64,000 bases of DNA from Candidatus Raymondbacteria bacterium RIFOXYA2_FULL_49_16 (GTDB lineage: Bacteria > Fibrobacterota > OXYB2-FULL-49-7 > XYB2-FULL-49-35). The notes beneath the pieces are model-generated. The model ran no database searches. It was not told the origin of the DNA and worked only from the letters and a program-made list of their open reading frames with translations. The position numbers were made by a program, and so were the translations under genes. Shown piece by piece: positions 1 to 8,572 of the stretch; the first letter of the stretch is position 1; each line of letters begins with the position of its first letter. The stretch spans positions 3,848 to 67,847 of the forward strand of contig MFYT01000007.1 in assembly GCA_001789205.1 (NCBI GenBank), in the 5' to 3' direction.

Positions 1-1
1 G

Positions 2-778
2 GTTTTTTCAAGGAACATGGCGGCCATCTGCGATACGCTTCTAAACAGAAATATTGTCCCCATTGTTTTTGTCATACCGGACGGCGTGCCTGGCGGCAAC
101 TGGGGTTCAGCCGGTGCGCTTGCCCTCTATCCTGAATACGCGGACTCCATGGTTGCCATGGCGCAACGGAAAAACATCCCCTGCGCCGATCTGCGGGGCG
201 GATGCCAGACGTCCGTCAATATGGGAGCCGCGACTCTGACCGCAGGGTCATTATTAAACGACCAGGTGCACTACCGCTGGAACACGACTCCTCCTGCCAA
301 TACAAACTCTTTGCACGATTGGGGCGGAGCCATGAACATTGCCATGCACGAGCTGGCCCACCTTATCGGGTATATGTATGATTGCGGCGCAAAATCACCG
401 GTAATCGGCAATACCGTATACTACCCAAGCGGTCTGCCCTTGGATTCACTCAGGACGGCCTGGACTACTATTGAAAACAAACCAATTGCCGTGCCCACAC
501 CAATGTCTGGGACAACCATTGCCGCTGCGCCGAATCCTTTCAACCCATCCACCGAAATCACCTGCATTTTTGCCGGGATGCAGAGCTACAAAGTATCGCT
601 GGACATCTATGACCTTACAGGCAAACTGATAACGCATCTCTATTCGGGAACTATCCATGGAAAACAAGCGGCGGCAAAATTTACCTGGAACGCTTCCGGT
701 ATTGCCGCGGGCATGTATGTCACCATGCTGCGTGCGAATGGAAAAGTGTATTCCCAGAAACTCATTCTAGCAAGATAA
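2..778 (+). CDS. secreted protein, 5' end cut by window edge; HExxH metallopeptidase-like motif plus C-terminal T9SS-type (Por_Secre_tail / FlgD-Ig-like) sorting domain
   Basis: Frame is open from nt 2 (no stop before the first ATG at 17) and the first Met lacks a signal peptide, so the gene probably starts upstream. Motif AMHELAHLIGY. The last ~85 aa ([12 protein letters not shown]...YVTMLRANGKVYSQKLILAR) align with the tails of the ORFs ending at 2341, 14177 and 24826. Confidence 0.7.
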   Translation, partial: VFSRNMAAICDTLLNRNIVPIVFVIPDGVPGGNWGSAGALALYPEYADSMVAMAQRKNIPCADLRGGCQTSVNMGAATLTAGSLLNDQVHYRWNTTPPANTNSLHDWGGAMNIAMHELAHLIGYMYDCGAKSPVIGNTVYYPSGLPLDSLRTAWTTIENKPIAVPTPMSGTTIAAAPNPFNPSTEITCIFAGMQSYKVSLDIYDLTGKLITHLYSGTIHGKQAAAKFTWNASGIAAGMYVTMLRANGKVYSQKLILAR

Positions 779-790
779 GGTGGTACACAT

Positions 791-2341
791 ATGACCTATC
801 AATTCATTATTTCCTGTATTCTTGTGGCAAGCGCCGTACACGCCTATGTCACCTTTGACGGCAAAACCGTGCCACCACTGCCACAAACAGCCAACGTGTA
901 TAATTGTACAACGGCGTTCCAGTTCCGCGCAGCCCTGAATACCCAGACTGCAAACAGGACCATTGTCCTGGCCAATGGCACCTATGCCATGGGCAACTAT
1001 GAATATCTGACCCTTACTGCGGACGGACTGACCATCAGAGGAGCGACGGACGATCCCAATGGCGTTGTAATAGTGGGAAAGGGCATGGATAATTGCGTGG
1101 ATGTTGAGGAAGAGATATTCAGGTTCGAAGGAGCGAACAACGTCACCATCGCCAACCTGACAATTTCTGAATGCCGTTGCAATGCGGTAAAATTTCAAAG
1201 CGGACCTAACGCCAATGTTATTTTACAGAACATCCATTTCCTCAATGTCGGCGAACGGATGATTAAGGGCCCCCACACTCTTGATGCCCAGGCATGCTCA
1301 ATACGCTACTGTCTCTTTGAAAATACACGGGTCCCGCCATCCATACGGTGTGGCGGCAGCACCGTTGATTCTAGCGGCGACTATATTGCCGGCATGGATA
1401 TTATGAACGCCGACAACTGGGTAGTACACGACAACTGTTTTTTAAATATCAAAGGCGCCACAGGACAGGGCCGCGCCGCCTGTTTTTTTTGGCATGGGGA
1501 TACAAACATAATCGTCGAAAGAAACACGTTCATTAACTGCGACAGGGCCATCAGCTATGGCAGCCCCGGCGGCGGCGACGGCACTACAATGGTTGTTGGA
1601 GGGTATATTCGGAACAATATGATTCTTGCGGGCGGAACAATCGGCATTGATTTAAATGGGTCTACAAACGTGAAAGTCTATAACAACACTTCCTTTTCTT
1701 CACTTGGCAGCTCAGGAGGCATCATTTCCAACCAAAACCAGGGTTGTGAAATAAAGAACAATATTCTTCTGGGCAGTATAACATACCTTGGTGAGGGCGA
1801 AGCTCCCGATACCGCGAAAAACGTATTTGTCTCACGTACCCAGAAAGCCATTATTGCACGTTGGTTTCAGGACGAGGCTAATGCCGATCTGCACTTGAAA
1901 ACTGATACTGCAAGCGTGGTGAATTGCGGGCTTAACTTGTCCGGTGTGACCAATGACTGGGACAATCTTCCACGCTCTGACGGCCAGACAGACATTGGCG
2001 CGGATGAGTACTCGAACAATCCAGCGGATATTGATGTGGCGGCTGTTGTATCGGGTAAAACATACCTGGGCAATCCAACGCCAAACCCGTTCAATCCATC
2101 CACACTCATCAGATATGGCATTTCGAACAACCGAAGCGGGGCTTTTATAACAATCACAATCATTTCACCGGATGGCAGGCGTATGAAAACCCTAGTAAAA
2201 CGCCATCAATTGGCTGGAAACTATGCCATTGTATGGGACGGGACCAATGAAATGGGGCACAAGGCCGCAAGCGGCATGTATTGTATCCGTCTTTCCACGG
2301 GCAGGGAAGTAATGACAACCAAAGCTGTGTTTATACAATAG
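791..2341 (+). CDS. secreted right-handed parallel beta-helix (pectate-lyase-fold) protein with T9SS-type C-terminal sorting domain
   Basis: 516 aa with an N-terminal signal-like segment (MTYQFIISCILVASAVHA). Repeated N/G-rich beta-helix turns (NVTIANLTI, NNMILAGG, NVKVYNN, IKNNILLG). Tail is [15 protein letters not shown]...GMYCIRLSTGREVMTTKAVFIQ. Confidence 0.75.
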   Translation: MTYQFIISCILVASAVHAYVTFDGKTVPPLPQTANVYNCTTAFQFRAALNTQTANRTIVLANGTYAMGNYEYLTLTADGLTIRGATDDPNGVVIVGKGMDNCVDVEEEIFRFEGANNVTIANLTISECRCNAVKFQSGPNANVILQNIHFLNVGERMIKGPHTLDAQACSIRYCLFENTRVPPSIRCGGSTVDSSGDYIAGMDIMNADNWVVHDNCFLNIKGATGQGRAACFFWHGDTNIIVERNTFINCDRAISYGSPGGGDGTTMVVGGYIRNNMILAGGTIGIDLNGSTNVKVYNNTSFSSLGSSGGIISNQNQGCEIKNNILLGSITYLGEGEAPDTAKNVFVSRTQKAIIARWFQDEANADLHLKTDTASVVNCGLNLSGVTNDWDNLPRSDGQTDIGADEYSNNPADIDVAAVVSGKTYLGNPTPNPFNPSTLIRYGISNNRSGAFITITIISPDGRRMKTLVKRHQLAGNYAIVWDGTNEMGHKAASGMYCIRLSTGREVMTTKAVFIQ

Positions 2342-2431
2342 TGAGGGTTTTCAAGTTCTTTTTTAGCTCGGTAAACGTGTAATGAGGAAAACGTATCAGT
2401 AGCGCTATGACAAGTCAACAGGGTGGGCAGT

Positions 2432-2736
2432 GAAATTGTTTTCTATAATATCAAAGGAGCGACAGGCGCGGGGTCAGGGGAGGTATTTTCTTTTGGGGCG
2501 GGAACCCTGGATACACCAACACTAACATGATTGTGGAACGGTGCACGTTCGTGGGGTGCGACAGGGCGATCTCCTATGGAAACACCTCAATAACATTGTT
2601 TTCGGCAATATAATCCATTTGTATTGCCAACGACCGGGTGGTATGGAACGCTGCTGGCATGGCAAGCGGTGTGTATGTATTGCGGATAAAAAGCGGGAAT
2701 CATGTATACACAAAAAGACTATTTTTGGCTCAATAA
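2432..2736 (+). pseudogene. decayed tandem paralog of the upstream beta-helix gene (frameshift, in-frame stop, large internal deletion)
   Basis: Frame 2 from 2432 reads EIVFYNIKGATGAGSGE. Frame 1 from 2461 reads GGIFFWGGNPGYTNTNMIVERCTFVGCDRAISYGN, then TAA at 2611-2613, then VVWNAAGMASGVYVLRIKSGNHVYTKRLFLAQ* ending at 2736. Compare the intact gene: NCFLNIKGATGQGRAACFFWHGDTNIIVERNTFINCDRAISYGS and IVWDGTNEMGHKAASGMYCIRLSTGREVMTTKAVFIQ*. Confidence 0.8.
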
Positions 2737-2951
2737 TGCATTGGCCAAGCCCCCGTCAGTTCCGTTGCGTTCTGCGGCGGAGCTGACTCTATTGTTTTCC
2801 TGGCGTATGGTCCAGAAGGATTGTATTGTTAATGAACAACTTCAAATGGACTGGTCCCTCTGTTTGTGTAGATAATTAATTGATATAAAACAAGATAGGA
2901 TAATACTAAGCCGTTTGGCCGGGCATTTTGTTTTTCCATTTGTAAAAACGC

Positions 2952-2979
2952 TCAAGCTTTTTCCGGATTGTTCCGATAT
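2952..2979 (+). promoter_or_regulatory. candidate sigma-28 (FliA) promoter of flagellin
   Basis: TCAAGCTT-N12-TCCGATAT compared with consensus TAAAGTTT-N11/12-GCCGATAA (6/8 and 6/8). It lies 88 nt upstream of the fliC ATG. Confidence 0.5.
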
Positions 2980-3011
2980 CTTTCCTGAAGGCAGCCCACT
3001 ATCGCTGCCTC

Positions 3012-3032
3012 GAAGGACAAAGGATGTCCTTC
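3012..3032 (+). promoter_or_regulatory. 5'UTR hairpin presenting GGA in its loop (CsrA-type site); a second GGA lies in the SD at 3056-3060
   Basis: GAAGGAC-AAAGGAT-GTCCTTC forms a perfect 7-bp stem with a 7-nt loop containing GGA. The Shine-Dalgarno GGAGG (3056-3060) carries the second GGA. Confidence 0.45.
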
Positions 3033-3066
3033 ATCAAGTACCAAACACAAAACATGGAGGTTTTGT

Positions 3067-3909
3067 ATGCGTATCAATCACAACATCAGCTCAATGATCA
3101 CGCAGGGTGCCCTGCGTCAGGTCAACAGGGACATGAACACTTCCCTGGAACGTCTTTCCACAGGTCTCCGTATCAATCGCGCCAGTGACGATGCTGCGGG
3201 TCTCAGCGTATCAGAACAAATGCGCACCCAGGTGCGCGGCATGCATCAGGCCAAATCGAACGCGCAGGACGGTATTGCCCTGCTCCAGATCGCTGAAGGA
3301 GCTGCGAACGAAATCGAATCAATGCTCCAGAGAATGCGTGAACTGGCTGTCCAATCGACCAATGACACGCTCACTACCACTGAACGCGCGTATACCAACC
3401 AGGAATACACCTCGCTCATGAGCGAAATCGACCGCATCACCAACGTAACCCAGTACAACACACAGACACTGCTCGATGGTCAGATCGGCTCTTTTGGCGC
3501 AACCGGCAGCGGATCGTGCATACTGCATATTGGTCCCAATTCCTCGTCCAATGATCAGTTCACGGTCACCATCAGCGGCACATCGATTGGCGCCATGGGT
3601 CTTACCAGCTCAAGCATTACCACGCAGATGCGCGCCAACAGCGCCCTTACCTCAATCGACGTCGCGCTCGGTTCGATCAACCAGCTGCGCAGCGATCTTG
3701 GCGCCTATGTCAACCGTCTCGAGCACGCCATCAACAACCTGGACAACCAGGAGCACAACACGCAGGCCGCCGAGTCATTGATACGCGATGTGGATTTCGC
3801 GTCAGAGACCTCGCAGTTCACGCGGAACCAGATCCTCACGCAATCGGCGACCGCCATGTTGGCCCAGGCCAACGCGATCCCGCAGAACGTGCTGACGCTG
3901 CTCCAGTAA
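3067..3909 (+). CDS. fliC: flagellin
   Basis: MRINHNISSMITQGALRQVN...LSTGLRINRASDDAAGLSVSEQMR at the N-terminus. C-terminal D0/D1 segment LGAYVNRLEHAINNL...NQILTQSATAMLAQANAIPQNVLTLLQ. 280 aa. Confidence 0.97.
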   Translation: MRINHNISSMITQGALRQVNRDMNTSLERLSTGLRINRASDDAAGLSVSEQMRTQVRGMHQAKSNAQDGIALLQIAEGAANEIESMLQRMRELAVQSTNDTLTTTERAYTNQEYTSLMSEIDRITNVTQYNTQTLLDGQIGSFGATGSGSCILHIGPNSSSNDQFTVTISGTSIGAMGLTSSSITTQMRANSALTSIDVALGSINQLRSDLGAYVNRLEHAINNLDNQEHNTQAAESLIRDVDFASETSQFTRNQILTQSATAMLAQANAIPQNVLTLLQ

Positions 3910-3948
3910 CCAGGTCGGACAACGTACGCGGACACGGCGAATAGATAC

Positions 3949-3979
3949 GCCTCCTCCAGTGATGGAGGGGGCGTTTTTT
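3949..3979 (+). terminator. rho-independent terminator after fliC
   Basis: GCCTCCTCCA-GTGA-TGGAGGGGGC gives a 10-bp stem with one G.U pair, followed by G and T6. Confidence 0.8.
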
Positions 3980-4001
3980 AATTATATTCACCTAACGAAC
4001 C

Positions 4002-5393
4002 ATGGCATATGAAAAGATACTCGTCATTGCTCTGCACAAGCATGGCGATAATGTGCAGGTTACCCCGCTTTTCAAAGCGCTGAAAGAGCTCTATCCCGGA
4101 GCGCACCTGGCGTGCCTTGTTGAAAAAGGCTATTCTTTTGCCTTTGAGAACAACCCCCATATCGATGAAATGGTCCTCTTTGACCGGACCAATCCCGCGT
4201 TGGCGCGTCAATGCATCACGAACGGGGAATTTTCCCTGGTAATCAACCGCCAGAGCTCGGCAGAGGGCGCTGACCTGGCAAGCCTGGCGCGTTCAGCTAA
4301 GATACGGGGAGTGCACCTCGATGATACGGGAAGCATTGTCATTGACGATCCCTGGACCAGGCTCCTCTTTGCCCTGGTAAAAAACAGGCGTATCAATCCC
4401 TTCAACCTGGTCGATTATGGCCTGCATGTCGCGGGCGCTCATACGGGCGAACGGCGCCTCGATCTCTATTTTGATCCCCATACGGCTGACGCATATGCCG
4501 CATTGCTTCGTGCCAGGTCAGAGGGGCCGCTCCTTGCCGTACAGGCGGGGTCGCAGGCTGAATACCGGAAATGGCCGGCGCAGAGTTTTCTCCAGGCCAT
4601 TAAACGCCTGCTTCTGCGCGGTCCCTGCACTGTGGCGCTTCTCGGTTCATCGGAAGACTACCGCGCAAACCAGGAGATAGTGGCGGCAATACCTGGCCAT
4701 CTGCGCGCGCGGGTCATTGATACCTCGGGTATTGTGACCTTGCCCATGCTTCCGGCGCTGCTCAAAAAGTGCGGCCTTCTCATTACCAACGATACGGGTC
4801 CCATGCACATTGCGGCTGCTGCGGGTTGCAAGGTGCTGGCGCTCTATTTTGGCGGTTCGTTTCTTTCTGAAACCGGGCCTTATTCTCCGGGAAACCTCAT
4901 TTTATGCGGCCGCATGGATTGCCTGCCCTGCGCCTTTGGCCATGAGTGCAAAAAGGCGTATGCGTGCAAGGAAATGGTGTTGCCGGACCAGGTCGCTGAG
5001 CTTGCCGCCTATGGCGCGGGAATGGCTGATACGGTGAATGAGAAACTTTTTGCGCAGGGCATGGTTTATTGTTCGCCGCACAAGGCCTGGGACCAGCCCC
5101 TGGTCTATTTGCCCTTTTTCAGGACACGCCTTGGCAGCGATGAACTCACGCGCCTGGTACTCTACGGCGCCCTTTCTTCAGCACTGCTTCATACGCCAAT
5201 CGATGTCCGCGTTTTTGCCAGCCGGATTGCGGCCTGTTACACCAATGCCCGGCAAGCGTTCAACGCGCCTTTTTCCGTTCCATTGGACCTTTTCCATCCG
5301 GTGTTTCCCCATGCGGGCCATTTGGCCCAGTTTGGAAAGACGGTTGTTGAAACCATGGAAGCATTGCGTTCGGCCCTTGCCGCCGTTGCCTAG
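4002..5393 (+). CDS. glycosyltransferase family 9 (heptosyltransferase-like) with ~130 aa C-terminal extension
   Basis: ILVIALHKHGDNVQVTPLFKALKELYPGAHLACLVEK at the N-terminus. LLITNDTGPMHIAAAAGCKVLALYFG nucleotide-sugar motif and a CLPC...C cluster. Confidence 0.75.
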   Translation: MAYEKILVIALHKHGDNVQVTPLFKALKELYPGAHLACLVEKGYSFAFENNPHIDEMVLFDRTNPALARQCITNGEFSLVINRQSSAEGADLASLARSAKIRGVHLDDTGSIVIDDPWTRLLFALVKNRRINPFNLVDYGLHVAGAHTGERRLDLYFDPHTADAYAALLRARSEGPLLAVQAGSQAEYRKWPAQSFLQAIKRLLLRGPCTVALLGSSEDYRANQEIVAAIPGHLRARVIDTSGIVTLPMLPALLKKCGLLITNDTGPMHIAAAAGCKVLALYFGGSFLSETGPYSPGNLILCGRMDCLPCAFGHECKKAYACKEMVLPDQVAELAAYGAGMADTVNEKLFAQGMVYCSPHKAWDQPLVYLPFFRTRLGSDELTRLVLYGALSSALLHTPIDVRVFASRIAACYTNARQAFNAPFSVPLDLFHPVFPHAGHLAQFGKTVVETMEALRSALAAVA

Positions 5394-6304
5394 GCGCGCG
5401 AGCGTTTGCGCATTTTCTTTTGTTCCCGCTGGTATTGGAGCTCCTGATAGAGTTGGGAGAAATTCTGGGTAGTGAAGGACATTTCCGAACCCAGGATAAT
5501 GATAAGCGCAAGCATAAGGAGCGAGACAATAAAGACCGGTAGAATGCTGAGTGAACCGTAAAGCTTGCTATATGCGAATGTTTCGCTGATAAAGTATTTG
5601 AAGATGATACGGCCTATTTCATAGAAAGCAGCGGCGAGAATGCCGCCCATGAGCGCGGCGCGTTTTTTCACCTGCGCGCGCGGCAGGCGTTCATAGAGAA
5701 TGGAAAAAGCGAAACTTAGGAGAAAAAACGAAAAAATGCGGCCGGGAATTTTGATTATCAGGTTTTGTTCAAGAATAAAGCCCTGGACGCGCACGGAAAG
5801 GGAGAAAACCGCGGTAAAGAAAATGATGATGAATGTGATGAGTCCTAGCCTTCGGTGATATGGCCGCGGTTCAGGTACGTTCCAGGTCACATTAAATATG
5901 TCGATGAGCAGATCGACCAGAAGCACCAGGGTAATGATAAAGATGCCCGTCCCAATCCATCCCACTGTCATGGCGTTCCCCGCAAATGAGGCAATGTACT
6001 GGTTGATCTCTTCAGAGGTATAAGGGAGAATCTTGAGAATGAAGGCATTGACTTCCTGTTGATTCAGGAAGAGTTGTATTTTCAGTTTATTCAGTTTGTA
6101 CAAATGGTTCATGAAAAGCGACAAAGAAGCGATGAGCGGTATGACCGCGAAAAGGAGCGAATAGGCCAGGGCCGAGGACCTCATGAAACCTTTTTTCTTT
6201 CTAAATTGGATGAGCGTCAGGAGTATATATATGTATATTACTTTCAGGAGCCTGAAAGGCAGAATGACGATCCTGGAAAATATTAAGAATCTGAAAAGGC
6301 GCAT
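5390..6304 (-). CDS. YihY/BrkB family inner-membrane protein
   Basis: RSSALAYSLLFAVIPLIASLSLF signature followed by about 6 TM segments. The stop overlaps the convergent GT9 stop at CTAG. Confidence 0.7.
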   Translation of the reverse strand: MRLFRFLIFSRIVILPFRLLKVIYIYILLTLIQFRKKKGFMRSSALAYSLLFAVIPLIASLSLFMNHLYKLNKLKIQLFLNQQEVNAFILKILPYTSEEINQYIASFAGNAMTVGWIGTGIFIITLVLLVDLLIDIFNVTWNVPEPRPYHRRLGLITFIIIFFTAVFSLSVRVQGFILEQNLIIKIPGRIFSFFLLSFAFSILYERLPRAQVKKRAALMGGILAAAFYEIGRIIFKYFISETFAYSKLYGSLSILPVFIVSLLMLALIIILGSEMSFTTQNFSQLYQELQYQREQKKMRKRSRA

Positions 6305-6357
6305 ATGTACTTTGAAGATACAAAATGGTCGCGGTCCAATAAAAGAGTGAAGCTGTC

Positions 6358-6894
6358 ATGAGGCTCTTTGTCGCGGCAGTGCCGGATGCAATGTGCCGTC
6401 AGCGGCTTTCTGAATACATTGGGCTGTGCGGCGCGTACCCAGACCTCCGGTGGACGCGGCCCGAGAACCTGCATTGCACACTTCTTTTTATCGGTGAGGT
6501 CCACGATGATCATGCGTCCCTTATCGACCAAGGTTTGCGCCAGGCATTGCGCGGTGTGCCAGCCCTCAGATGCGTACTGCGGATCACGGGGTTTTTCAAG
6601 AACAGGGAGGGTGCGGTCCTCTGGGTGGGTATTGAGCCTCCTGAACCGATTATGGATCTGGCCGCACGCATCAGGCAGGCGTGCCCCGGGTTTGGTGATG
6701 CCAAGCCTTTCAAACCGCATCTAACTATTGGCCGCGGTCAGGGCAGGAAGGACTGGAGAAAGATGATGAAACCCTTAGCCCCTCTCGCATGGCATATTGA
6801 CCGTATTTTTCTGCTCCAGAGCAGGCTTATGCCCGAGGGCGCGGTCTATACGGTTAATAGTGAGTTTACCCTTTCACAAATTGACCCCTTATGA
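6358..6894 (+). CDS. thpR: RNA 2',3'-cyclic phosphodiesterase (2H phosphoesterase, ThpR/LigT)
   Basis: Two H-x-T motifs are present: ENLHCTLLFIGEV and FKPHLTIGRG. 178 aa. Confidence 0.85.
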   Translation: MRLFVAAVPDAMCRQRLSEYIGLCGAYPDLRWTRPENLHCTLLFIGEVHDDHASLIDQGLRQALRGVPALRCVLRITGFFKNREGAVLWVGIEPPEPIMDLAARIRQACPGFGDAKPFKPHLTIGRGQGRKDWRKMMKPLAPLAWHIDRIFLLQSRLMPEGAVYTVNSEFTLSQIDPL

Positions 6895-6925
6895 AGTCAG
6901 ACATTATATTTTCTTTGTCGTACCT

Positions 6926-8572
6926 ATGATTAAAGAATTCGGCAAATATAGCATTGAAAAGGAATTGGGCAAAGGCGGTATGGCAACCGTCTATCTTGCC
7001 ATGCACCGCGACCTCTATCGCCATGTGGCGCTCAAGATAATGCATCCCCATCTTGCTTCCGAGGAGCAGTTCCGGGTGCGCTTCGAGCTTGAGGCGCGCG
7101 CCATTGCCCAGGTTGAACATATCAACCTTCTCCAGGTATATGATTATGGGAAACAGGGCGACCACTACTATATTGCCATGGAATACATCGATGGGGAAGA
7201 AGCGGAGCAGCTGGTAAAAAAACACGGTCCTTTTCCCGCGGAAGTGGCCGCGGTCGTGTTCCATGGCGTGGCAGCGGGGCTCAGCGAGGCGCACAAGAAG
7301 AAGATCATCCACCGCGACATCAAACTCTCCAATATCATTATAAAAAACGATGGTCTGGTCAAACTTTCTGATTTTGGCATTGTTAAAATGGAGGATGTGG
7401 CCGGTCTTACCAACACCCAGGATGTGGTGGGCACACCCTACTATGTCTCACCCGAACAGATCCGTGGTGACAAACCATCGGCCCAGTCCGATATCTTTTC
7501 TCTGGGCGTGTCCCTGTATTTCGCGGTAACGGGCAAGTTCCCCTTTACCGCGCCCACTATTCCAGCCATCTTCAATCTGATTTCCCAGGGAAATTATACG
7601 CCAGTCAGGGAGACCGGCATCTATGTGCCCGACGAGTTGGCGTTTGTCATCTCGAATTGCCTGGAAAAGGAGCCCCGGAAAAGGTACGACACTGTGGCAC
7701 GGGTGGCAGAGGAATTGAACGCCTTTCTTCACCGCCACGAAATTTCGAACGATAAAGACCTTGTCGAGAACTACCTAAAAGACCCCAAAGGCTTTGCCGC
7801 GGGTCTCAAGGTGCGGAGTATCACCACCAAAATCACCAGGGGCAAGTCCTTTCAGGAAAAAGGGCTGATTTTTGAGGCGCTCAAGGAATACGAATCCATT
7901 CTGCAGCTCGATCCCGGGAACAAAGAGGTCAAGGAGCATATTGTCCAAATCCGGCAGGCAAATCCAGTGACCCAAGACACCAGCGTGACCCTCGACACCA
8001 TCCTGGTGCCCAGGAGAAAAAAGACCGGCCTTATGGTCGCGGGAGTAGCGGCCTTTTTGCTGCTCTGCGTCATGGGCGCGGGCATCTATTATTCGCAGCA
8101 GCAACGCCAGCACGAGGCCGTACGTGCCCAGGAACGGTGGGACTCGCTTTCCGCCCTGCGCGAGATCGACACTATCATGTTTCCCGCGTTGCCCCGTCCT
8201 GAGGCAGTGGCAGTTGCGGCAAAAGCTCCTCCATCTGCTCCCAGAAAGGCGATGCAGAAAAAAATCATTGTCCCGGCCGATGCCAGGCCCGCACCTCTGG
8301 CCGAAGCCAAGGCCGATACCCCAACGGTCCAGCCGGCACAGCCTGCGCATGAGTGCTTTGGGTATCTTTTTGTTTTTTCTGAAGTATGGGCCACTATATT
8401 GCTTGATGAAAAAGATTATGGAAAATCGCCCACAAAAACCAAGATCAAAGTGCCCTGCGGCGAATATTCCCTGCGGCTCGAAAGCCCCGGAGGAAAACGG
8501 TACACTGCCCGTGCGGTGATTACCGAGGAACAGACCACCCGTTTCCAGGTGGGACAGGCAGATTTTCAATGA
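6926..8572 (+). CDS. membrane Ser/Thr protein kinase (Hanks type) with TPR-like segment, one TM helix and a PEGA-like C-terminal domain
   Basis: GKGGMATVYLA, VALKIM, HRDIKLSNIII, DFG and YYVSPEQ. TM helix MVAGVAAFLLLCVMGAGIYY. The start was moved from the track ORF (6797, overlapping thpR) to ATG 6926 just before the Gly-loop; an upstream TTG start cannot be excluded. Confidence 0.9.
   Translation: MIKEFGKYSIEKELGKGGMATVYLAMHRDLYRHVALKIMHPHLASEEQFRVRFELEARAIAQVEHINLLQVYDYGKQGDHYYIAMEYIDGEEAEQLVKKHGPFPAEVAAVVFHGVAAGLSEAHKKKIIHRDIKLSNIIIKNDGLVKLSDFGIVKMEDVAGLTNTQDVVGTPYYVSPEQIRGDKPSAQSDIFSLGVSLYFAVTGKFPFTAPTIPAIFNLISQGNYTPVRETGIYVPDELAFVISNCLEKEPRKRYDTVARVAEELNAFLHRHEISNDKDLVENYLKDPKGFAAGLKVRSITTKITRGKSFQEKGLIFEALKEYESILQLDPGNKEVKEHIVQIRQANPVTQDTSVTLDTILVPRRKKTGLMVAGVAAFLLLCVMGAGIYYSQQQRQHEAVRAQERWDSLSALREIDTIMFPALPRPEAVAVAAKAPPSAPRKAMQKKIIVPADARPAPLAEAKADTPTVQPAQPAHECFGYLFVFSEVWATILLDEKDYGKSPTKTKIKVPCGEYSLRLESPGGKRYTARAVITEEQTTRFQVGQADFQ

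Noticed and set aside
2915-3097. 60-aa plus-strand ORF
   Set aside because: It spans the fliC promoter, leader and start codon in another frame and has no support.
5390-5393. Overlapping convergent stop codons at CTAG
   Set aside because: This is a trivial 4-nt overlap of two convergent genes. No functional implication can be supported.
6283-6720. 145-aa minus-strand ORF and 118-aa plus-strand alternative-frame ORF
   Set aside because: They overlap thpR, which carries the diagnostic double HxT motif.
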